A DNA stretch of 64,000 nucleotides from Desulfobacterales bacterium. GTDB lineage: Bacteria; Desulfobacterota; Desulfobacteria; Desulfobacterales; JAQWFD01. The stretch covers positions 69,401-133,400 of the forward strand of contig JAQWFD010000001.1 of the NCBI GenBank assembly GCA_028704555.1, given 5' to 3'. A program made the position numbers and the translations under genes. Of the stretch, positions 10,654-22,393 are shown piece after piece (within the stretch, counting starts at the first letter, position 1; each line of letters begins with the position of its first letter). A model generated the notes under the pieces. That model saw only the letters and a program-made list of their open reading frames with translations. It was not told the DNA's origin and made no database searches.

Positions 10654-11979
10654 TCAGCGGCCTCTAAGTCTTCCCGATCCGCCTTTTTTCAAAAATCCAT
10701 CATAATGTCTGGTAAGCATATGGGATTCTATCTGTGACATCGTGTCCAACGCAACGCCTACAACAATCAATAATGCGGTACCGCCAAAATAAAAAGGAAC
10801 GCTGAATTTGCTGATCAGAACAGAGGGCAGTACACAGACGGCTGAAACATAAATGGCACCACCTAATGTAATTCGGGTCAACACTCTATCAATATAATCT
10901 GCTGTTCGTTTGCCCGGACGAATCCCAGGAATGTAGCCGCCGTATTTCTTCATGTTGTCAGCGACATCAGTGGGATTAAACGTGACAGCTGTATAAAAAT
11001 AACAGAAGAAGAAAATAAAGCCGACAAATAATAATTCATAAAAGAATTTTCCGGGCATCATCTGAGCAGCGATACTCTGCATCCACGGTATTTTTATAAA
11101 ACTTGCCACCGTAGCAGGAAACATTATAATAGATGAAGCAAAAATAGGTGGTATGACCCCGGAAGTATTTATTTTTAAAGGCAGATGCGTACTTTGTCCG
11201 CCATACATTCGGCGGCCGACAACCCGCTTTGCATATTGCACCTGTATACGTCGTTGTCCCTGTTCTACAAAAATGATGGCCCCAATGACAGCTACCATCA
11301 TTATTCCTATTACGATCAGAAGGAAAATTGATATTTCGCCAGTGGATACCAGCTGAAACGAATTCCCGATAGCATTGGGCATTCTGGCAACAATGCCGGC
11401 AAATATAATCAGTGATATTCCGTTGCCAATTCCTCTCTCGGTGATTTGTTCACCAAGCCACATGATAAAAGCAGTACCTGCGGTAAGCGTAATAACGGTC
11501 ATTATACGAAAGGACCATCCGGGAACCATTACAATCGCAGCCCCTCCGGGCGATGTCATGCTTTCAAGCCCGACACTGATTCCAAGCCCTTGTATAATAC
11601 TGAGGATAACCGTTCCATATCGCGTATACTGGGTTATTTTCTTTCTTCCCTGTTCGCCCTCTTTTGAAAGTCTTTCCAGATATGGGATAACAACCGTCAG
11701 CAACTGCAGGATAATGGAAGCACTGATGTAGGGCATGATACCCAAGGCAAAAACAGACAATTGCGTCAGGGCCCCCCCGGAAAACATGTCGAACAATCCC
11801 AGAAGCGTACCCTTTGCCTTAGCAAAAAAGGAAGCCAACGCCATAGCATCAATACCGGGAGTAGGTACATGAACACCAACTCTGTATACAGCCAACAATA
11901 CACACGTTACGATGATACGTTTTTTTAATTCAGGTATTTTGAATAAATTCTGAATCCCGGTACCGGCCATATTAGGCAA
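10654..11979 (-). CDS. secY: preprotein translocase subunit SecY
   Basis: 441-aa polytopic ORF with typical SecY blocks ([33 protein letters not shown]). Follows rplO. Confidence 0.95.
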   Translation of the reverse strand: MPNMAGTGIQNLFKIPELKKRIIVTCVLLAVYRVGVHVPTPGIDAMALASFFAKAKGTLLGLFDMFSGGALTQLSVFALGIMPYISASIILQLLTVVIPYLERLSKEGEQGRKKITQYTRYGTVILSIIQGLGISVGLESMTSPGGAAIVMVPGWSFRIMTVITLTAGTAFIMWLGEQITERGIGNGISLIIFAGIVARMPNAIGNSFQLVSTGEISIFLLIVIGIMMVAVIGAIIFVEQGQRRIQVQYAKRVVGRRMYGGQSTHLPLKINTSGVIPPIFASSIIMFPATVASFIKIPWMQSIAAQMMPGKFFYELLFVGFIFFFCYFYTAVTFNPTDVADNMKKYGGYIPGIRPGKRTADYIDRVLTRITLGGAIYVSAVCVLPSVLISKFSVPFYFGGTALLIVVGVALDTMSQIESHMLTRHYDGFLKKGGSGRLRGR

Positions 11980-12412
11980 CCTCTATTTTACCACCGGCAA
12001 GTTCTATCTTTTTTCTTGCATTTTCACTGACCTGGTGGATTTGGATAGTGAGCGGGTGTTGGATTTCTCCTTCGGACAGTAATTTAATACCATCTCTTCG
12101 GCTTTTAACCAGTCCTTTTCGGACGAGTTCAGCTTCTGTGATAACCGACCCGATTTCGAAAATTGACAAATCACGAATATTAATGACAGCCATCTGTTTT
12201 TTGAATATATTCGTAAACCCTCGTTTCGGGAGCCGACGATGGATTGGCATCTGACCGCCTTCATAACCGGGTCTGACACCACCGCCGGAACGGGCATTAT
12301 AACCTTTCGATCCTTTTCCTGCGGTTTTTCCGGTACCCGAGCCTACCCCGCGTCCTAAACGTTTTCTGGACTTTCGTGATCCTAAAGCTGGAGACAAATC
12401 ATTAAGCTTCAT
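11972..12412 (-). CDS. rplO: 50S ribosomal protein L15
   Basis: The ORF track starts at a TTG (12427). I prefer ATG 12412 (MKLNDLSP...), preceded by GAGGAG 7 nt upstream. Gly/Arg-rich L15 N-terminal region. Confidence 0.9.
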   Translation of the reverse strand: MKLNDLSPALGSRKSRKRLGRGVGSGTGKTAGKGSKGYNARSGGGVRPGYEGGQMPIHRRLPKRGFTNIFKKQMAVINIRDLSIFEIGSVITEAELVRKGLVKSRRDGIKLLSEGEIQHPLTIQIHQVSENARKKIELAGGKIEVA

Positions 12413-12596
12413 AAAGGTTCTCCTCAATCTTAACTAAATGGGATACCGTATGAATCATCCCCCGAATTGAGGGTGTATTTTCAAGTTCGACCGTTCTGTT
12501 CATCTTTGTCAGGCCCATCCCTCTGAGCACCTTACGATGTTTCTCAGGTCTTCCAATCATGCTTTTTACTAATGTTACTTTCAATTTCTCAGACAT
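12402..12596 (-). CDS. rpmD: 50S ribosomal protein L30
   Basis: Trimmed from ORF 12402..12701 to ATG 12596 (MSEKLKVTLVKSMIGRPEKHRKVLRGMGL), the typical L30 sequence and length (64 aa). Confidence 0.9.
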   Translation of the reverse strand: MSEKLKVTLVKSMIGRPEKHRKVLRGMGLTKMNRTVELENTPSIRGMIHTVSHLVKIEENLYEA

Positions 12597-12609
12597 ATGT
12601 ATAACCCCA

Positions 12610-13104
12610 TTAAAGGTCTTCAGGTCTTTTCCCACGACGTAACGCAACCGCTTCACGGCTCTGAAGTTGTTGCAATCCCGATATTGTTGCCTTAACCACA
12701 TTGTGCGGATTATGTGATCCCATGCATTTGGTTAAAATATTCTGAACCCCCGCTGCCTCAAGCACCGCGCGGACAGCACCACCGGCTATGAGTCCGGTTC
12801 CCTCGGATGCCGGTTTAAGCAGTACTTTTCCAGCTCCATACTTTCCGAGGACCTGGTAGGGGATAGTTCCTGAATTTAAAGCAATATTTACCATATTTTT
12901 TTTGGCTTTTTCCACCCCTTTACGGATGGCTTCAGGTACTTCACCTGCTTTTCCCAATCCACATCCAATTGCACCGTTTCCGTCTCCGACAACAACAATT
13001 GCACTAAAGCTGAATCGTCGACCCCCTTTGACCACTTTGGCGACACGGTTAATGTGCACGACTTTGTCAATTAATTGACTTTCGTCTGTATCATACTTGA
13101 ACAA
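12610..13104 (-). CDS. rpsE: 30S ribosomal protein S5
   Basis: 164-aa [33 protein letters not shown]. Confidence 0.95.
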   Translation of the reverse strand: MFKYDTDESQLIDKVVHINRVAKVVKGGRRFSFSAIVVVGDGNGAIGCGLGKAGEVPEAIRKGVEKAKKNMVNIALNSGTIPYQVLGKYGAGKVLLKPASEGTGLIAGGAVRAVLEAAGVQNILTKCMGSHNPHNVVKATISGLQQLQSREAVALRRGKRPEDL

Positions 13105-13130
13105 AGGTTATCCTCCATGTTTTGAATGTC

Positions 13131-13499
13131 TCAAAATAACAAACCGCCTTCACGTGCACCATCTGAAAGTGCTTTAACACGTCCGTGATATAAAAAACCA
13201 TTACGGTCAAAAACTACTTTGGTGATACCCTTTTCAACAGCTCGCTGGGCAACAAGTTTACCGATTGCAACAGCATCGACTATTTTCCCGCTTTGCGTAA
13301 GCTGGCCTTTAATTTCCGGCTCGGTCGTCGATGCAGCAACCAGTGTATTGCCCTTTACATCGTCTATTATCTGGGCATAGATATGCTTTGAGCTTCTAAA
13401 TACAGATAAACGAGGGCGTTGCTGTGTTCCAAGAAGTCTTTTTCGAATTCGTATTTTCCGTTTTAAACGCGCTTGCGCTTTTGGATTTGTCGATGCCAT
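13131..13499 (-). CDS. rplR: 50S ribosomal protein L18
   Basis: Trimmed from 13526 to ATG 13499 ([22 protein letters not shown]...[16 protein letters not shown]), 122 aa. Confidence 0.9.
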   Translation of the reverse strand: MASTNPKAQARLKRKIRIRKRLLGTQQRPRLSVFRSSKHIYAQIIDDVKGNTLVAASTTEPEIKGQLTQSGKIVDAVAIGKLVAQRAVEKGITKVVFDRNGFLYHGRVKALSDGAREGGLLF

Positions 13500-13543
13500 T
13501 GATTCAACATCCTTATATGTTTTCACATTTTTTTAAAATATGA

Positions 13544-14083
13544 CTATTTTGTACCAGTTTTTCCTGCTTTTCGCTGTATAAATTCTTCAGCGAACTTTAT
13601 CCCTTTTCCCTTGTAGGGTTCCGGGGGTCTCAGCCGACGAATTGATGCAGCGGTCTGACCGAGCAACTCTTTATCAATACCTGCCAATTTGATAATCGTA
13701 TTTCTATCAATTGTTGCCGTAATCCCTTCAGGAATTGAAAAGGTCACCGGATTTGAATACCCTATATTAAATACAATGGAATTGCCACTGATTTCAGCAC
13801 GATATCCAATTCCATTAATCTGGAGTATACGCTCAAACCCCTTACTGACACCGTTAATCATGTTAAATACCAAAGATCGCGTCAATCCCTGCATCGCATT
13901 ATTGATTCGATCCTTTTTCTCCATAACGACCAACAATACATCTTGATTAATATTTAAATCTATAAACGGATGTATTGTTCGGGACATTTTTCCCTTTTCC
14001 CCCTGAACAGTCAAAAACCTGTCCTTGTAGGATATTTTTACATTATCTGGAATAGATATCGGTTTTTTGCCTATCCGAGACAT
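13544..14083 (-). CDS. rplF: 50S ribosomal protein L6
   Basis: 179-aa ORF, MSRIGKKPISIPDNVKI. Confidence 0.95.
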   Translation of the reverse strand: MSRIGKKPISIPDNVKISYKDRFLTVQGEKGKMSRTIHPFIDLNINQDVLLVVMEKKDRINNAMQGLTRSLVFNMINGVSKGFERILQINGIGYRAEISGNSIVFNIGYSNPVTFSIPEGITATIDRNTIIKLAGIDKELLGQTAASIRRLRPPEPYKGKGIKFAEEFIQRKAGKTGTK

Positions 14084-14098
14084 GGGTTTCTCCTCATG

Positions 14099-14497
14099 CT
14101 ACCATACATTACACAGAATCTCACCACCGATATTAGTTTTCCTGGCTTCTGTATCGGTTATAATACCTGCTGAAGTAGATAAAATTGCAATGCCCATCCC
14201 GTTTAAAACGGATTTTATTTTTTTACTTTTAAAATATTGCCTTCGGCTGGGCTTGCTCATTCGTTTCATTCCAATAAATGCGCTGTTGTTGTTCTTATCG
14301 TATTTTAAATAGACCCGTAATATTCCCTGTTTATCATCTTTCACAAACTTAAAGTTTTTTATGTAGCCCTCGTTTTTTAAAACTTTGGCCAGATTAACCT
14401 TAAGATTTGATCCCGGAATATCGACACTGGCATGTTTTGCCTTAGCTGCATTTCTTATACGAGTCAACAAGTCCGCAATTGGATCACTCATAGCCAT
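14099..14497 (-). CDS. rpsH: 30S ribosomal protein S8
   Basis: 132-aa ORF, MAMSDPIADLLTRIRNA. Confidence 0.95.
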   Translation of the reverse strand: MAMSDPIADLLTRIRNAAKAKHASVDIPGSNLKVNLAKVLKNEGYIKNFKFVKDDKQGILRVYLKYDKNNNSAFIGMKRMSKPSRRQYFKSKKIKSVLNGMGIAILSTSAGIITDTEARKTNIGGEILCNVW

Positions 14498-14564
14498 GTT
14501 GTCTTCTCCATTAACTTAATTGAGTTTTCGACTTTATAAATATGAATCTCATCAGAGGATTTTG

Positions 14565-14750
14565 TTACCAGCTTGATTTTATTACACCGGGAAGCTTACC
14601 TTCTGACGCAAGTGTTCGAAAACAAATTCGACAAATCCCAAATTTTCTTATAAATGCTCTGGGCCTTCCGCACATGGGACATCGATTATATGCTCTGACT
14701 TTAAACTTTGGCGTACTGTTGGCCTTCATTCGAAGCGCTGTCTTTGCCAA
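14565..14750 (-). CDS. rpsN: 30S ribosomal protein S14 type Z (Zn-binding)
   Basis: 61-aa ORF with [20 protein letters not shown] (C-x2-C...C-x2-C). Confidence 0.95.
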   Translation of the reverse strand: MAKTALRMKANSTPKFKVRAYNRCPMCGRPRAFIRKFGICRICFRTLASEGKLPGVIKSSW

Positions 14751-14850
14751 AAGATCCTCCTTATTTGTGTTGCCAATCGACTGGACTAAACCGTTTTATC
14801 TGGTTAGCGTTATTTCTTTAATATTTAAATAATTTTATAAAATAACACTT

Positions 14851-15390
14851 TTAATTTCTATAGGGCATCCCCAACAATTTCAGGAGCTCTTTGCCTTCTT
14901 CATCTGTTCTGGCAGTGGTTACAATGGTAATATTTAACCCTTTAATTTTATCGAGCTGATCATAATCTATTTCAGGGAATATAATTTCTTCTTTAATTCC
15001 CAGAGAATAGTTCCCGTGCCCATCAAATGCTTTTCCAGAAACGCCCTTAAAATCTCTAACTCGCGGAAGAGCAATATTAACCAGTTTATTATAAAAATCA
15101 TACATCCGGTTACGTCTGAGGGTTACACAACAGCCGATAGGCATACCTTCCCTGAGCTTGAATGCGGCAATCGATTTTTTTGCCCGCGTGATGACAGGTT
15201 TCTGACCTGAAATCATTTTGAGCTCTTCAGAAGCCGAATCAAGCAATTTGATATTGTGAATTGCTTCACCCAAGCCCATATTCAACACGATTTTCTCAAG
15301 CTTAGGGACCTGATGTAGGTTTTTATAATGAAACCTTTCGATAAGCTTAGGAATAATTTCGCTCTCGTAAATGGCTTTATATTGAGACAT
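14851..15390 (-). CDS. rplE: 50S ribosomal protein L5
   Basis: 179-aa ORF at the L5 position of the spc operon. [16 protein letters not shown]-type block present as [16 protein letters not shown]. Confidence 0.95.
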   Translation of the reverse strand: MSQYKAIYESEIIPKLIERFHYKNLHQVPKLEKIVLNMGLGEAIHNIKLLDSASEELKMISGQKPVITRAKKSIAAFKLREGMPIGCCVTLRRNRMYDFYNKLVNIALPRVRDFKGVSGKAFDGHGNYSLGIKEEIIFPEIDYDQLDKIKGLNITIVTTARTDEEGKELLKLLGMPYRN

Positions 15391-15412
15391 TCCTTTTCTC
15401 CTTCACAAAACC

Positions 15413-15742
15413 CTACGCATCTATTGGTTCGTTGCACTTACTGCACATACGAATTTTTTTTCCGTCATCCAGGATCTGCATTTTGATGCGAACAGGGGTC
15501 ATGCATTTATTACACATCAACATGATATTTGATCTATGAATAGGAGCCTCTTTTTCGATAATTCCACCCTGCCTATTTTGCGCATTAGGTTTCATGTGCT
15601 TTTTAACCAAATTTATTTTTTCAACGACGATACGTTTGGTTTTATTATCAATTTTTAATATTTTACCGATTTTTCCGCTGTCTTTACCGGTAATTACTTT
15701 AACTTTATCTTCTTTTTTTATCAAACACTTTTCTCTAGCCAT
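15413..15742 (-). CDS. rplX: 50S ribosomal protein L24 (four-Cys C-terminal variant)
   Basis: Trimmed to ATG 15742, with GGAGA ~8 nt upstream. KOW motif [20 protein letters not shown]. The C-terminal part carries CNKC...CSKC. Confidence 0.9.
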   Translation of the reverse strand: MAREKCLIKKEDKVKVITGKDSGKIGKILKIDNKTKRIVVEKINLVKKHMKPNAQNRQGGIIEKEAPIHRSNIMLMCNKCMTPVRIKMQILDDGKKIRMCSKCNEPIDA

Positions 15743-15772
15743 GTACCGTTTCTCCACAGGGCAGACGTTTAT

Positions 15773-16141
15773 TTATAATACTTCAGGAGCCAAAGATACG
15801 ATTTTCATGAATCGTTTTGCTCTAAGCTCCCTGGCTACAGGTCCAAATATACGGGTACCAATAGGTTCTTTCTGCGCATTAATTAATACCGCTGAATTAT
15901 CATCAAACCGGATATATGATCCATCAGGCCTTCTGAGTTCTTTCTTGGTTCGAACTACTACGGCCTTTAAGACATCACCTTTTTTAACCTTGGCATTCGG
16001 TATTACTTCTTTAACGGTAACGACAACTATATCGCCGACGCTAGCATACCGTCTTCTGGAGCCGCCAAGAACTTTAATACAATAAAGCACTTTAGCTCCT
16101 GAATTGTCTGCCACAGTCATTCTTGTTTCTGCCTGAATCAT
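15773..16141 (-). CDS. rplN: 50S ribosomal protein L14
   Basis: 122-aa [20 protein letters not shown]. Confidence 0.95.
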   Translation of the reverse strand: MIQAETRMTVADNSGAKVLYCIKVLGGSRRRYASVGDIVVVTVKEVIPNAKVKKGDVLKAVVVRTKKELRRPDGSYIRFDDNSAVLINAQKEPIGTRIFGPVARELRAKRFMKIVSLAPEVL

Positions 16142-16157
16142 CGTTCGCTTCCTTTAT

Positions 16158-16415
16158 TTACACCGCTTTTTCAACTATTTTACTGACTCGCCAATTTTTC
16201 GTTTTACTGATAGGCCGGGATTCAGAAATGATAACCTTATCCCCAATTTGGCATTCATTGATGGTATCATGAGCCGCAAATTTTGAACGTCGCCGGACGT
16301 ACTTTTGATAAAGCGGATGTTTAACTATCCTCTCTACGAGGACAGTTACTGATTTATCCATTTTATTACTGACTACTATTCCGAGCAGCTGTCGTTTCAT
16401 TCCTCTTTTTTTCAT
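16158..16415 (-). CDS. rpsQ: 30S ribosomal protein S17
   Basis: 85-aa [33 protein letters not shown]. Confidence 0.95.
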   Translation of the reverse strand: MKKRGMKRQLLGIVVSNKMDKSVTVLVERIVKHPLYQKYVRRRSKFAAHDTINECQIGDKVIISESRPISKTKNWRVSKIVEKAV

Positions 16416-16615
16416 AACTGTCTCAATTCTATATTTTTTTCATTAATAACAGTTTGAATACGTGCTATATCCCGTTTTGTATGCATCAGTCTGCTGCTGT
16501 TTTCAAGCTGACCAACTTCATGCTGAAAGCGGAGATTAAACAATTCCTCTTTCATCTCTTTATGTTTCAAATTCAATTCATCGACACTCAGCTGTCTGAA
16601 TTCGCTTGCTTTCAT
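16412..16615 (-). CDS. rpmC: 50S ribosomal protein L29
   Basis: 67-aa [34 protein letters not shown]. Confidence 0.95.
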   Translation of the reverse strand: MKASEFRQLSVDELNLKHKEMKEELFNLRFQHEVGQLENSSRLMHTKRDIARIQTVINEKNIELRQL

Positions 16616-17028
16616 TATATCTCACTCCTCTCAATAAAGCGTGTTTTAATCGAAAGTTTGTGAGAAGCAAGCCGTAACGCTTCTAAGGCCAACTCTCTAG
16701 AGACACCTTCCATCTCATATAGAATTCTTCCAGGTCGTATGATGGCAACCCATCCCTCTGGAGCGCCTTTTCCCTTACCCATTCTGACTTCTGCCGGTTT
16801 TTTCGTATAAGGGGTGTCCGGGAAAATACGTATCCACATTTTCCCGCCTCTTTTTACATGACGGGTCATGGCAATACGAGCTGCCTCAATTTCTTTATTA
16901 GTGATTCGCCCGCATGCGACTGCCTGTAGCCCGTATTCTCCAAAATTCAGGGCCGTTCCCCGTTTTGAGGCCCCTTTCATTCTTCCTTTTTGTTGTTTAC
17001 GATATTTGACCTTCTTTGGACTCAGCAT
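16615..17028 (-). CDS. rplP: 50S ribosomal protein L16
   Basis: 137-aa [22 protein letters not shown]. Confidence 0.95.
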   Translation of the reverse strand: MLSPKKVKYRKQQKGRMKGASKRGTALNFGEYGLQAVACGRITNKEIEAARIAMTRHVKRGGKMWIRIFPDTPYTKKPAEVRMGKGKGAPEGWVAIIRPGRILYEMEGVSRELALEALRLASHKLSIKTRFIERSEI

Positions 17029-17051
17029 GTCCTGTCTCTCCTGTCGGGTGA

Positions 17052-17702
17052 TTAACTTCCGATTCCAATTGGTTCAGACTTTAAAATTTCGCCGTTAAAT
17101 ATAAACACTTTAACACCGATGAGACCGTATGTCGTATGGGCTTCAATAAAACCGTAATCTATATCAGCCCGCAGGGTGTGTAGCGGAACTCTGCCTTCAT
17201 GATACCATTCTGTTCTAGCCATCTCTGCGCCGCCCAGTCTGCCTGAGCAGATTATTTTTATTCCCTTGGCACCAAACCGCATTGCTGAAGTTACACCACG
17301 CTTCATTGCTCTTCTGAAGGCTACCCGTCGTACGATCTGCAACGCAACATTTTCAGCAACCAGTTGAGCGTCGACCTCAGGTTTTCTGACTTCCTGAATG
17401 TCGATCATTACTTCATGTGAAATCATTTTTACAAGCTCTTTTTTAAGCTGCGCTATTTCAGCACCTTTTTTCCCAATAATGATTCCCGGTCTGGCGGTAA
17501 AAATTCGGAGCCTTATTCGCTTGGCCGATCGTTCTATTTCTATCTTAGAGATCCCGGCATGATAAAATTTCTTTTTTATGAATTTTCGGATATTAAAATC
17601 TTCCAAAATATAATCGGCATATTTCTTACCTGCGTACCAGCGAGATTCCCAGGTTTTTACAATTCTCAATCTCAATCCTATCGGATTTACTTTCTGGCCC
17701 AA
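17052..17702 (-). CDS. rpsC: 30S ribosomal protein S3
   Basis: 216-aa [27 protein letters not shown]. Confidence 0.95.
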   Translation of the reverse strand: MGQKVNPIGLRLRIVKTWESRWYAGKKYADYILEDFNIRKFIKKKFYHAGISKIEIERSAKRIRLRIFTARPGIIIGKKGAEIAQLKKELVKMISHEVMIDIQEVRKPEVDAQLVAENVALQIVRRVAFRRAMKRGVTSAMRFGAKGIKIICSGRLGGAEMARTEWYHEGRVPLHTLRADIDYGFIEAHTTYGLIGVKVFIFNGEILKSEPIGIGS

Positions 17703-17718
17703 ACTTTTACCTCCTTTG

Positions 17719-18057
17719 CTACAACGTATCTTCAGCCAAAATGACGGTTATATGAGCACTTCTCTTTAAAATTCGGGTACCTCTGCCTCTTGCTCTTGCT
17801 CTAAACCTTTTCAAGGTAGGCCCCTGGTCGACAAAAATATTTTTTATCACGAGAGTGTCTACATCAATGTCTGCCTTCTGATCTGCATTGGCTACCGCCG
17901 AGTGAATCAGTTTATTCATCATCCCCGCAGCCTTTTGCGGCATAAACTTGAGTGTATTGATACCGACTCCTACAGGCTTACCCTTCACGGCTTGAACGAG
18001 CTTTTGAACTTTTTGAGGAGAAATGCGTTGGTATTTGGATACTGCTTTGATCTCCAT
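17719..18057 (-). CDS. rplV: 50S ribosomal protein L22
   Basis: 112-aa ORF at the L22 position, [19 protein letters not shown]. Confidence 0.95.
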   Translation of the reverse strand: MEIKAVSKYQRISPQKVQKLVQAVKGKPVGVGINTLKFMPQKAAGMMNKLIHSAVANADQKADIDVDTLVIKNIFVDQGPTLKRFRARARGRGTRILKRSAHITVILAEDTL

Positions 18058-18082
18058 TTTAGGTTTCCCTTTTATTCTTTAA

Positions 18083-18361
18083 TCACTTCTTTTTAAGTTT
18101 TTTATCTCCGGCATGGCCATAAAATGTCCGCGTGGGTGAAAACTCACCGAGTTTATGCCCAACCATGTTTTCGGACACGAATACCGGTATAAACTTTTTT
18201 CCGTTATGAACTGCCAGTGTTATCCCCACCATCTCAGGAACTATTGTCGAACGTCTGGACCAGGTTTTTATAACTCTGTTCAAACGCTTTTCCTGAGTTT
18301 CTATTACTTTGTTCATTAATTTGGGTTCAATATATGGACCTTTTTTTAACGACCGTGGCAT
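18083..18361 (-). CDS. rpsS: 30S ribosomal protein S19
   Basis: 92-aa [18 protein letters not shown]. Confidence 0.95.
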   Translation of the reverse strand: MPRSLKKGPYIEPKLMNKVIETQEKRLNRVIKTWSRRSTIVPEMVGITLAVHNGKKFIPVFVSENMVGHKLGEFSPTRTFYGHAGDKKLKKK

Positions 18362-18415
18362 ATCTTCTCCTGCATCTTAAAGTCACCTTGCCAAGTTTAT
18401 CGAACGCATGCGCTA

Positions 18416-19240
18416 TTATGCTGTCCTTTTTTTGACAATGTATCGATCACTTCGTTTGTTTTTGCGAGTCCTGTATCCTTTACTCGGCATACCCCATGGC
18501 GAGCATGGATGCCGGCCGCCAGATGACCTTCCTTCACCACCGCCCATCGGGTGATCGACCGGATTCATCGCAACGCCTCTTACTTTCGGTCGTTTACCCA
18601 ACCATCTTTTACGTCCGGCCTTTCCAAGAGAAATGTTTTCATGGATAACATTTCCCAGCTGCCCGATCGTTGCTTTGCAATTGAGCAATATCATTCTGAC
18701 CTCACCTGAGGGCAGTTTTATTAAAGCATAGCGATCTTCTTTGGCCATAAGCTGTGCAAACGTGCCGGCACTTCTGACAATCTGAGCGCCCTTTCCGACT
18801 CTAAGCTCAACATTATGAATATAGGTTCCCAGCGGAATATTTCTTAACGGCAATGCATTTCCGGGCTTAATATCCGCATCAGGTCCAGACATAATGATAT
18901 CATTTACCGAAAGATTCATTGGCGCCAGAATATATCTCTTCTCTCCATCTGCATAATGCACAAGGGCAATTCGCGCGGATCGATTCGGATCATATTCTAT
19001 GGTTGCGACTGTTGCCGCTATCCCGATCTTATCCCGCTTAAAATCGATCAGTCTGTAATGGCGCTTATTTCCACCACCGCGATGCCGACAGGTAATTCGC
19101 CCATTCGCATTACGTCCACCGGTCTTTTTTATTGTCCTCAATAAACTTTTTTCCGGCTTATCTGTTGTTATCTCCTGGAAATCCGAAAAAGTTTGAAATC
19201 TTCGCCCAGAAGATGTAGCATTTACTCTTTTAACAGCCAT
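18416..19240 (-). CDS. rplB: 50S ribosomal protein L2
   Basis: 274-aa ORF with the [22 protein letters not shown] and [18 protein letters not shown] blocks. Confidence 0.95.
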   Translation of the reverse strand: MAVKRVNATSSGRRFQTFSDFQEITTDKPEKSLLRTIKKTGGRNANGRITCRHRGGGNKRHYRLIDFKRDKIGIAATVATIEYDPNRSARIALVHYADGEKRYILAPMNLSVNDIIMSGPDADIKPGNALPLRNIPLGTYIHNVELRVGKGAQIVRSAGTFAQLMAKEDRYALIKLPSGEVRMILLNCKATIGQLGNVIHENISLGKAGRKRWLGKRPKVRGVAMNPVDHPMGGGEGRSSGGRHPCSPWGMPSKGYRTRKNKRSDRYIVKKRTA

Positions 19241-19258
19241 TATCTATGCCCCCAGTGC

Positions 19259-19546
19259 TTATACGCCTTCAAAAAAATCGATACGTTCTCCAGGCATTAA
19301 TGTCACGATTGCTTTTTTCCAATCTCTTCGCTTACCGAGAATTCGACCTCTACTTTTCACCTTGCCCTTAACTTGGATCGTTCTTACATTTTTAACCCTT
19401 ACATTAAATATGCCTTCAATGGCACGATGGATATCCACTCTATTGGCTCGGCGGTCTACTTCAAATGAAAGCTGATTAAATGTTTCTTTTTGAATACTGG
19501 TCTTTTCGGTAATCAAAGGCCTCTTAATAACATCAAACTGCATCAT
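19259..19546 (-). CDS. rplW: 50S ribosomal protein L23
   Basis: 95-aa [19 protein letters not shown]. Confidence 0.95.
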   Translation of the reverse strand: MMQFDVIKRPLITEKTSIQKETFNQLSFEVDRRANRVDIHRAIEGIFNVRVKNVRTIQVKGKVKSRGRILGKRRDWKKAIVTLMPGERIDFFEGV

Positions 19547-20166
19547 GCGAGAAGCCTCCCTTCAATATCTTTAATAGATGGCTCAACCAGAATTAATTTT
19601 TCATATTTCAAAAGATCATATACATTTAACCCTTCACTCCTGAGCACTTTAACATCAGGAACATTTCGTGAAGACAATTCGAGGTTTTCGTTCTTTTTAT
19701 CCGTGACTATCAACACTTTTTCCAGGCTCAGGGCATTGAGTACATCAAGGAATTCTTTGGTCTTGATTTTATCAAGATCAAAATTATCCAGAATCGATAT
19801 CTGTTTTTCCTGCAATTTAGTACTTAAAGCCATCTTAAGCGCTAGTCTTCGTACTTTCTTTGGAATATTAAACGCATAGGATCTGGGTGTGGGACCAAAC
19901 ACGACGCCCCCGCCTCTTAACCCGGGTGCTTTTATATCACCTCTTCTGGCCCGCCCTGTTCCCTTCTGACGAAACAATTTCCGTGTGCTGCCCTTAACGT
20001 CCGAACGTCCTTTTACTGAAGCTGTTCCGGAACGTCTTTTTGCCAACTGCATCCTGACAACCTCATGCAGAATGCTCTGTCTCACGAGCACATTGAAAAT
20101 GTCATCAGACAACTCGACCTGTGAAACCTTTTCGCCTGCTTTATTATGCACATCTACGACAGCCAT
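19543..20166 (-). CDS. rplD: 50S ribosomal protein L4
   Basis: Trimmed to ATG 20166 ([14 protein letters not shown]), with GAGGA 5 nt upstream. [25 protein letters not shown] block. Confidence 0.9.
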   Translation of the reverse strand: MAVVDVHNKAGEKVSQVELSDDIFNVLVRQSILHEVVRMQLAKRRSGTASVKGRSDVKGSTRKLFRQKGTGRARRGDIKAPGLRGGGVVFGPTPRSYAFNIPKKVRRLALKMALSTKLQEKQISILDNFDLDKIKTKEFLDVLNALSLEKVLIVTDKKNENLELSSRNVPDVKVLRSEGLNVYDLLKYEKLILVEPSIKDIEGRLLA

Positions 20167-20229
20167 AATTATCCTCAAATATTTTCTCTGATCTCAAAAT
20201 AGATATCTCTAAAATTATCCCATACTCTA

Positions 20230-20850
20230 CTATTTTTTCAAAATGGAAAGGATTCCAGAGCGGGCTCCCGGGACAGCACCTTTAAGCAGAATAAGATTTT
20301 GATCTGATCTGATATCTACTATTTCCAAATTTCGAATCGTATTCTTACTTTGACCATAATGACCAGGCATCTTTTTCCCTTTGAGAATTTTCGCCGGCCA
20401 CGCGCACATACCAACCGATCCGGGTGTACGTTTACTGTGCCCGCCGTGCCCCATTGGTCCGCGATGAAATCCATGGCGCTTGATGACACCTGAAAAACCG
20501 CGGCCCTTAGATATGCCTGCTACATCGACAAAATCACCAATTTTGAAGATATCAAGAGAAATCTCTTGTCCCAGGCTGTACTCATCCGGGTTCTCAACCG
20601 ACATCTCTCGAAGCACTTTGGCGGATTTTAAACCGCTTTTTTCCAGATGCCCTTTTGTCGGCTTGTTGGTTCTTGATTCTTTTTTCTCTCCAAATCCCAA
20701 TTGTAACGCATTGTACCCGTCTGTTAATTCCGTTTTTATCTGGGTGACAACACATGGCCCGACCTGGACCACAGTTACGGGTAAACATATTCCATCCGGG
20801 GTGAATATTCGAGTCATCCCCCTTTTTTTTGCTATCAGTCCTTTACACAT
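20230..20850 (-). CDS. rplC: 50S ribosomal protein L3
   Basis: 206-aa ORF, GLIAKKRGMTRIFTPDG...GKGFSGVIKRHGF. Confidence 0.95.
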   Translation of the reverse strand: MCKGLIAKKRGMTRIFTPDGICLPVTVVQVGPCVVTQIKTELTDGYNALQLGFGEKKESRTNKPTKGHLEKSGLKSAKVLREMSVENPDEYSLGQEISLDIFKIGDFVDVAGISKGRGFSGVIKRHGFHRGPMGHGGHSKRTPGSVGMCAWPAKILKGKKMPGHYGQSKNTIRNLEIVDIRSDQNLILLKGAVPGARSGILSILKK

Positions 20851-20870
20851 GATATTCTCTTTTCCCCATC

Positions 20871-21182
20871 TTACAGTTTAATTTCCACATCCACTCCAGG
20901 AGAAAGATCCAATTTCATTAATGCATCGACAGTCTGCTGAGTTGGATCCAAAATATCCAAAAGCCGTTTATGTGTTCTTACTTCAAACTGTTCTCTGGAT
21001 TTCTTGTCAACATGGGGAGATCGTAAGACACAAAACTTATTTATCTTCGTAGGCAGAGGTATCGGCCCAACTACCTTTGCTCCACTTTTACTTGCCGTAT
21101 CATAGATATCTACAGCAGACTGATCCAGCAGTTTATTATCATATGCTCTCAGCCTTATTCTGATTTTTGAATTCATTATCAT
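20871..21182 (-). CDS. rpsJ: 30S ribosomal protein S10
   Basis: 103-aa [20 protein letters not shown]...[14 protein letters not shown]. Confidence 0.95.
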   Translation of the reverse strand: MIMNSKIRIRLRAYDNKLLDQSAVDIYDTASKSGAKVVGPIPLPTKINKFCVLRSPHVDKKSREQFEVRTHKRLLDILDPTQQTVDALMKLDLSPGVDVEIKL

Positions 21183-21199
21183 GACTTCAATCTTTCCTA

Positions 21200-22393
21200 T
21201 TACTCAAGGATTTCACTTACAACACCAGCACCGACGGTCCGGCCACCTTCTCTGATTGCAAACCGAAGTTCTTTTTCCATTGCAATCGGAGTAATGAGCT
21301 CAGCCAAAATCGATACATTATCACCAGGCATTACCATCTCAACCCCATCCGGCAACGTGATCACTCCGGTTACATCCGTTGTACGGAAATAAAACTGCGG
21401 ACGGTATCCATTGAAAAACGGCGTGTGGCGTCCGCCCTCTTCTTTACTCAAAATATATGTCTCTGCCTTGAACCTCGTGTGAGGTGTAATCGATCCGGGC
21501 TTGGCTACTACCTGCCCGCGCTCAACCTCTTCTCTCTTGGTCCCCCGAAGCAGGACACCAATGTTGTCTCCGGCCTGTCCCTCATCCAGAAGTTTGCGGA
21601 ACATCTCCACTCCGGTACATACCGTCTTGACAGTCGGCCTGATTCCAACGATCTCCACATCTTCTCCGACCTTGATAATCCCCCGATCAACACGGCCGGT
21701 GACCACTGTCCCTCGTCCGGATATGCTGAACACATCTTCAATCGGCATCAAAAAAGGTTTGTCAACATCGCGTTCCGGCGCAGGAATATAGTTGTCGATT
21801 GCATCCATCAACTGGAATATGCATTTGGCCGCATCGCTGTCGGCATCATCGCTCTCCAGTGCCTTCAATGCGCTGCCGCGAATAATCGGAGTATCATCTC
21901 CCGGAAAATCATACTTGTCCAGAAGCTCTCGCATCTCAAGCTCAACCAGCTCAATCAACTCTTCATCATCGACCATATCGCATTTGTTCAAAAACACAAC
22001 GATCCGGGGAACACCGACCTGGCGAGCCAGCAATATATGCTCCCGGGTCTGCGGCATCGGTCCGTCATCAGCGCCAACCACCAGTATGGCTCCGTCCATC
22101 TGAGCGGCTCCGGTGATCATATTCTTGATATAGTCAGCATGGCCCGGACAGTCGACGTGCGCATAGTGCCGTTTTTCAGTTTCATATTCAACATGCGCGG
22201 TCGCAATCGTTATGCCCCGGGCTCTTTCTTCAGGCGCCTTATCAATCTGATCAAACGAAATAAAATCCGCCATCCCCTTCAAGCCCATATGCTTTGTAAT
22301 TGCTGCCGTCAAGGTCGTCTTCCCATGATCGATATGACCGATGGTACCCACATTCACATGAGGCTTTTTCCGCTCATACTTTGCCTTCGCCAT
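21200..22393 (-). CDS. tuf: elongation factor Tu (copy 1, str-operon position)
   Basis: 397-aa [34 protein letters not shown], with DCPGH and NKCD G-motifs. Lies directly downstream of rpsG with no fusA between. Confidence 0.97.
   Translation of the reverse strand: MAKAKYERKKPHVNVGTIGHIDHGKTTLTAAITKHMGLKGMADFISFDQIDKAPEERARGITIATAHVEYETEKRHYAHVDCPGHADYIKNMITGAAQMDGAILVVGADDGPMPQTREHILLARQVGVPRIVVFLNKCDMVDDEELIELVELEMRELLDKYDFPGDDTPIIRGSALKALESDDADSDAAKCIFQLMDAIDNYIPAPERDVDKPFLMPIEDVFSISGRGTVVTGRVDRGIIKVGEDVEIVGIRPTVKTVCTGVEMFRKLLDEGQAGDNIGVLLRGTKREEVERGQVVAKPGSITPHTRFKAETYILSKEEGGRHTPFFNGYRPQFYFRTTDVTGVITLPDGVEMVMPGDNVSILAELITPIAMEKELRFAIREGGRTVGAGVVSEILE
21205..22393 (-). repeat. ~1.19 kb direct repeat (tuf copy 1; partner at 36099..37287)
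   Basis: The two tuf coding sequences read identically wherever I compared them. Their antisense ORF-track translations are also identical. Divergence begins only at the last sense codon (GAG TAA vs GAA TGA) and immediately upstream of the ATG. Confidence 0.85.
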
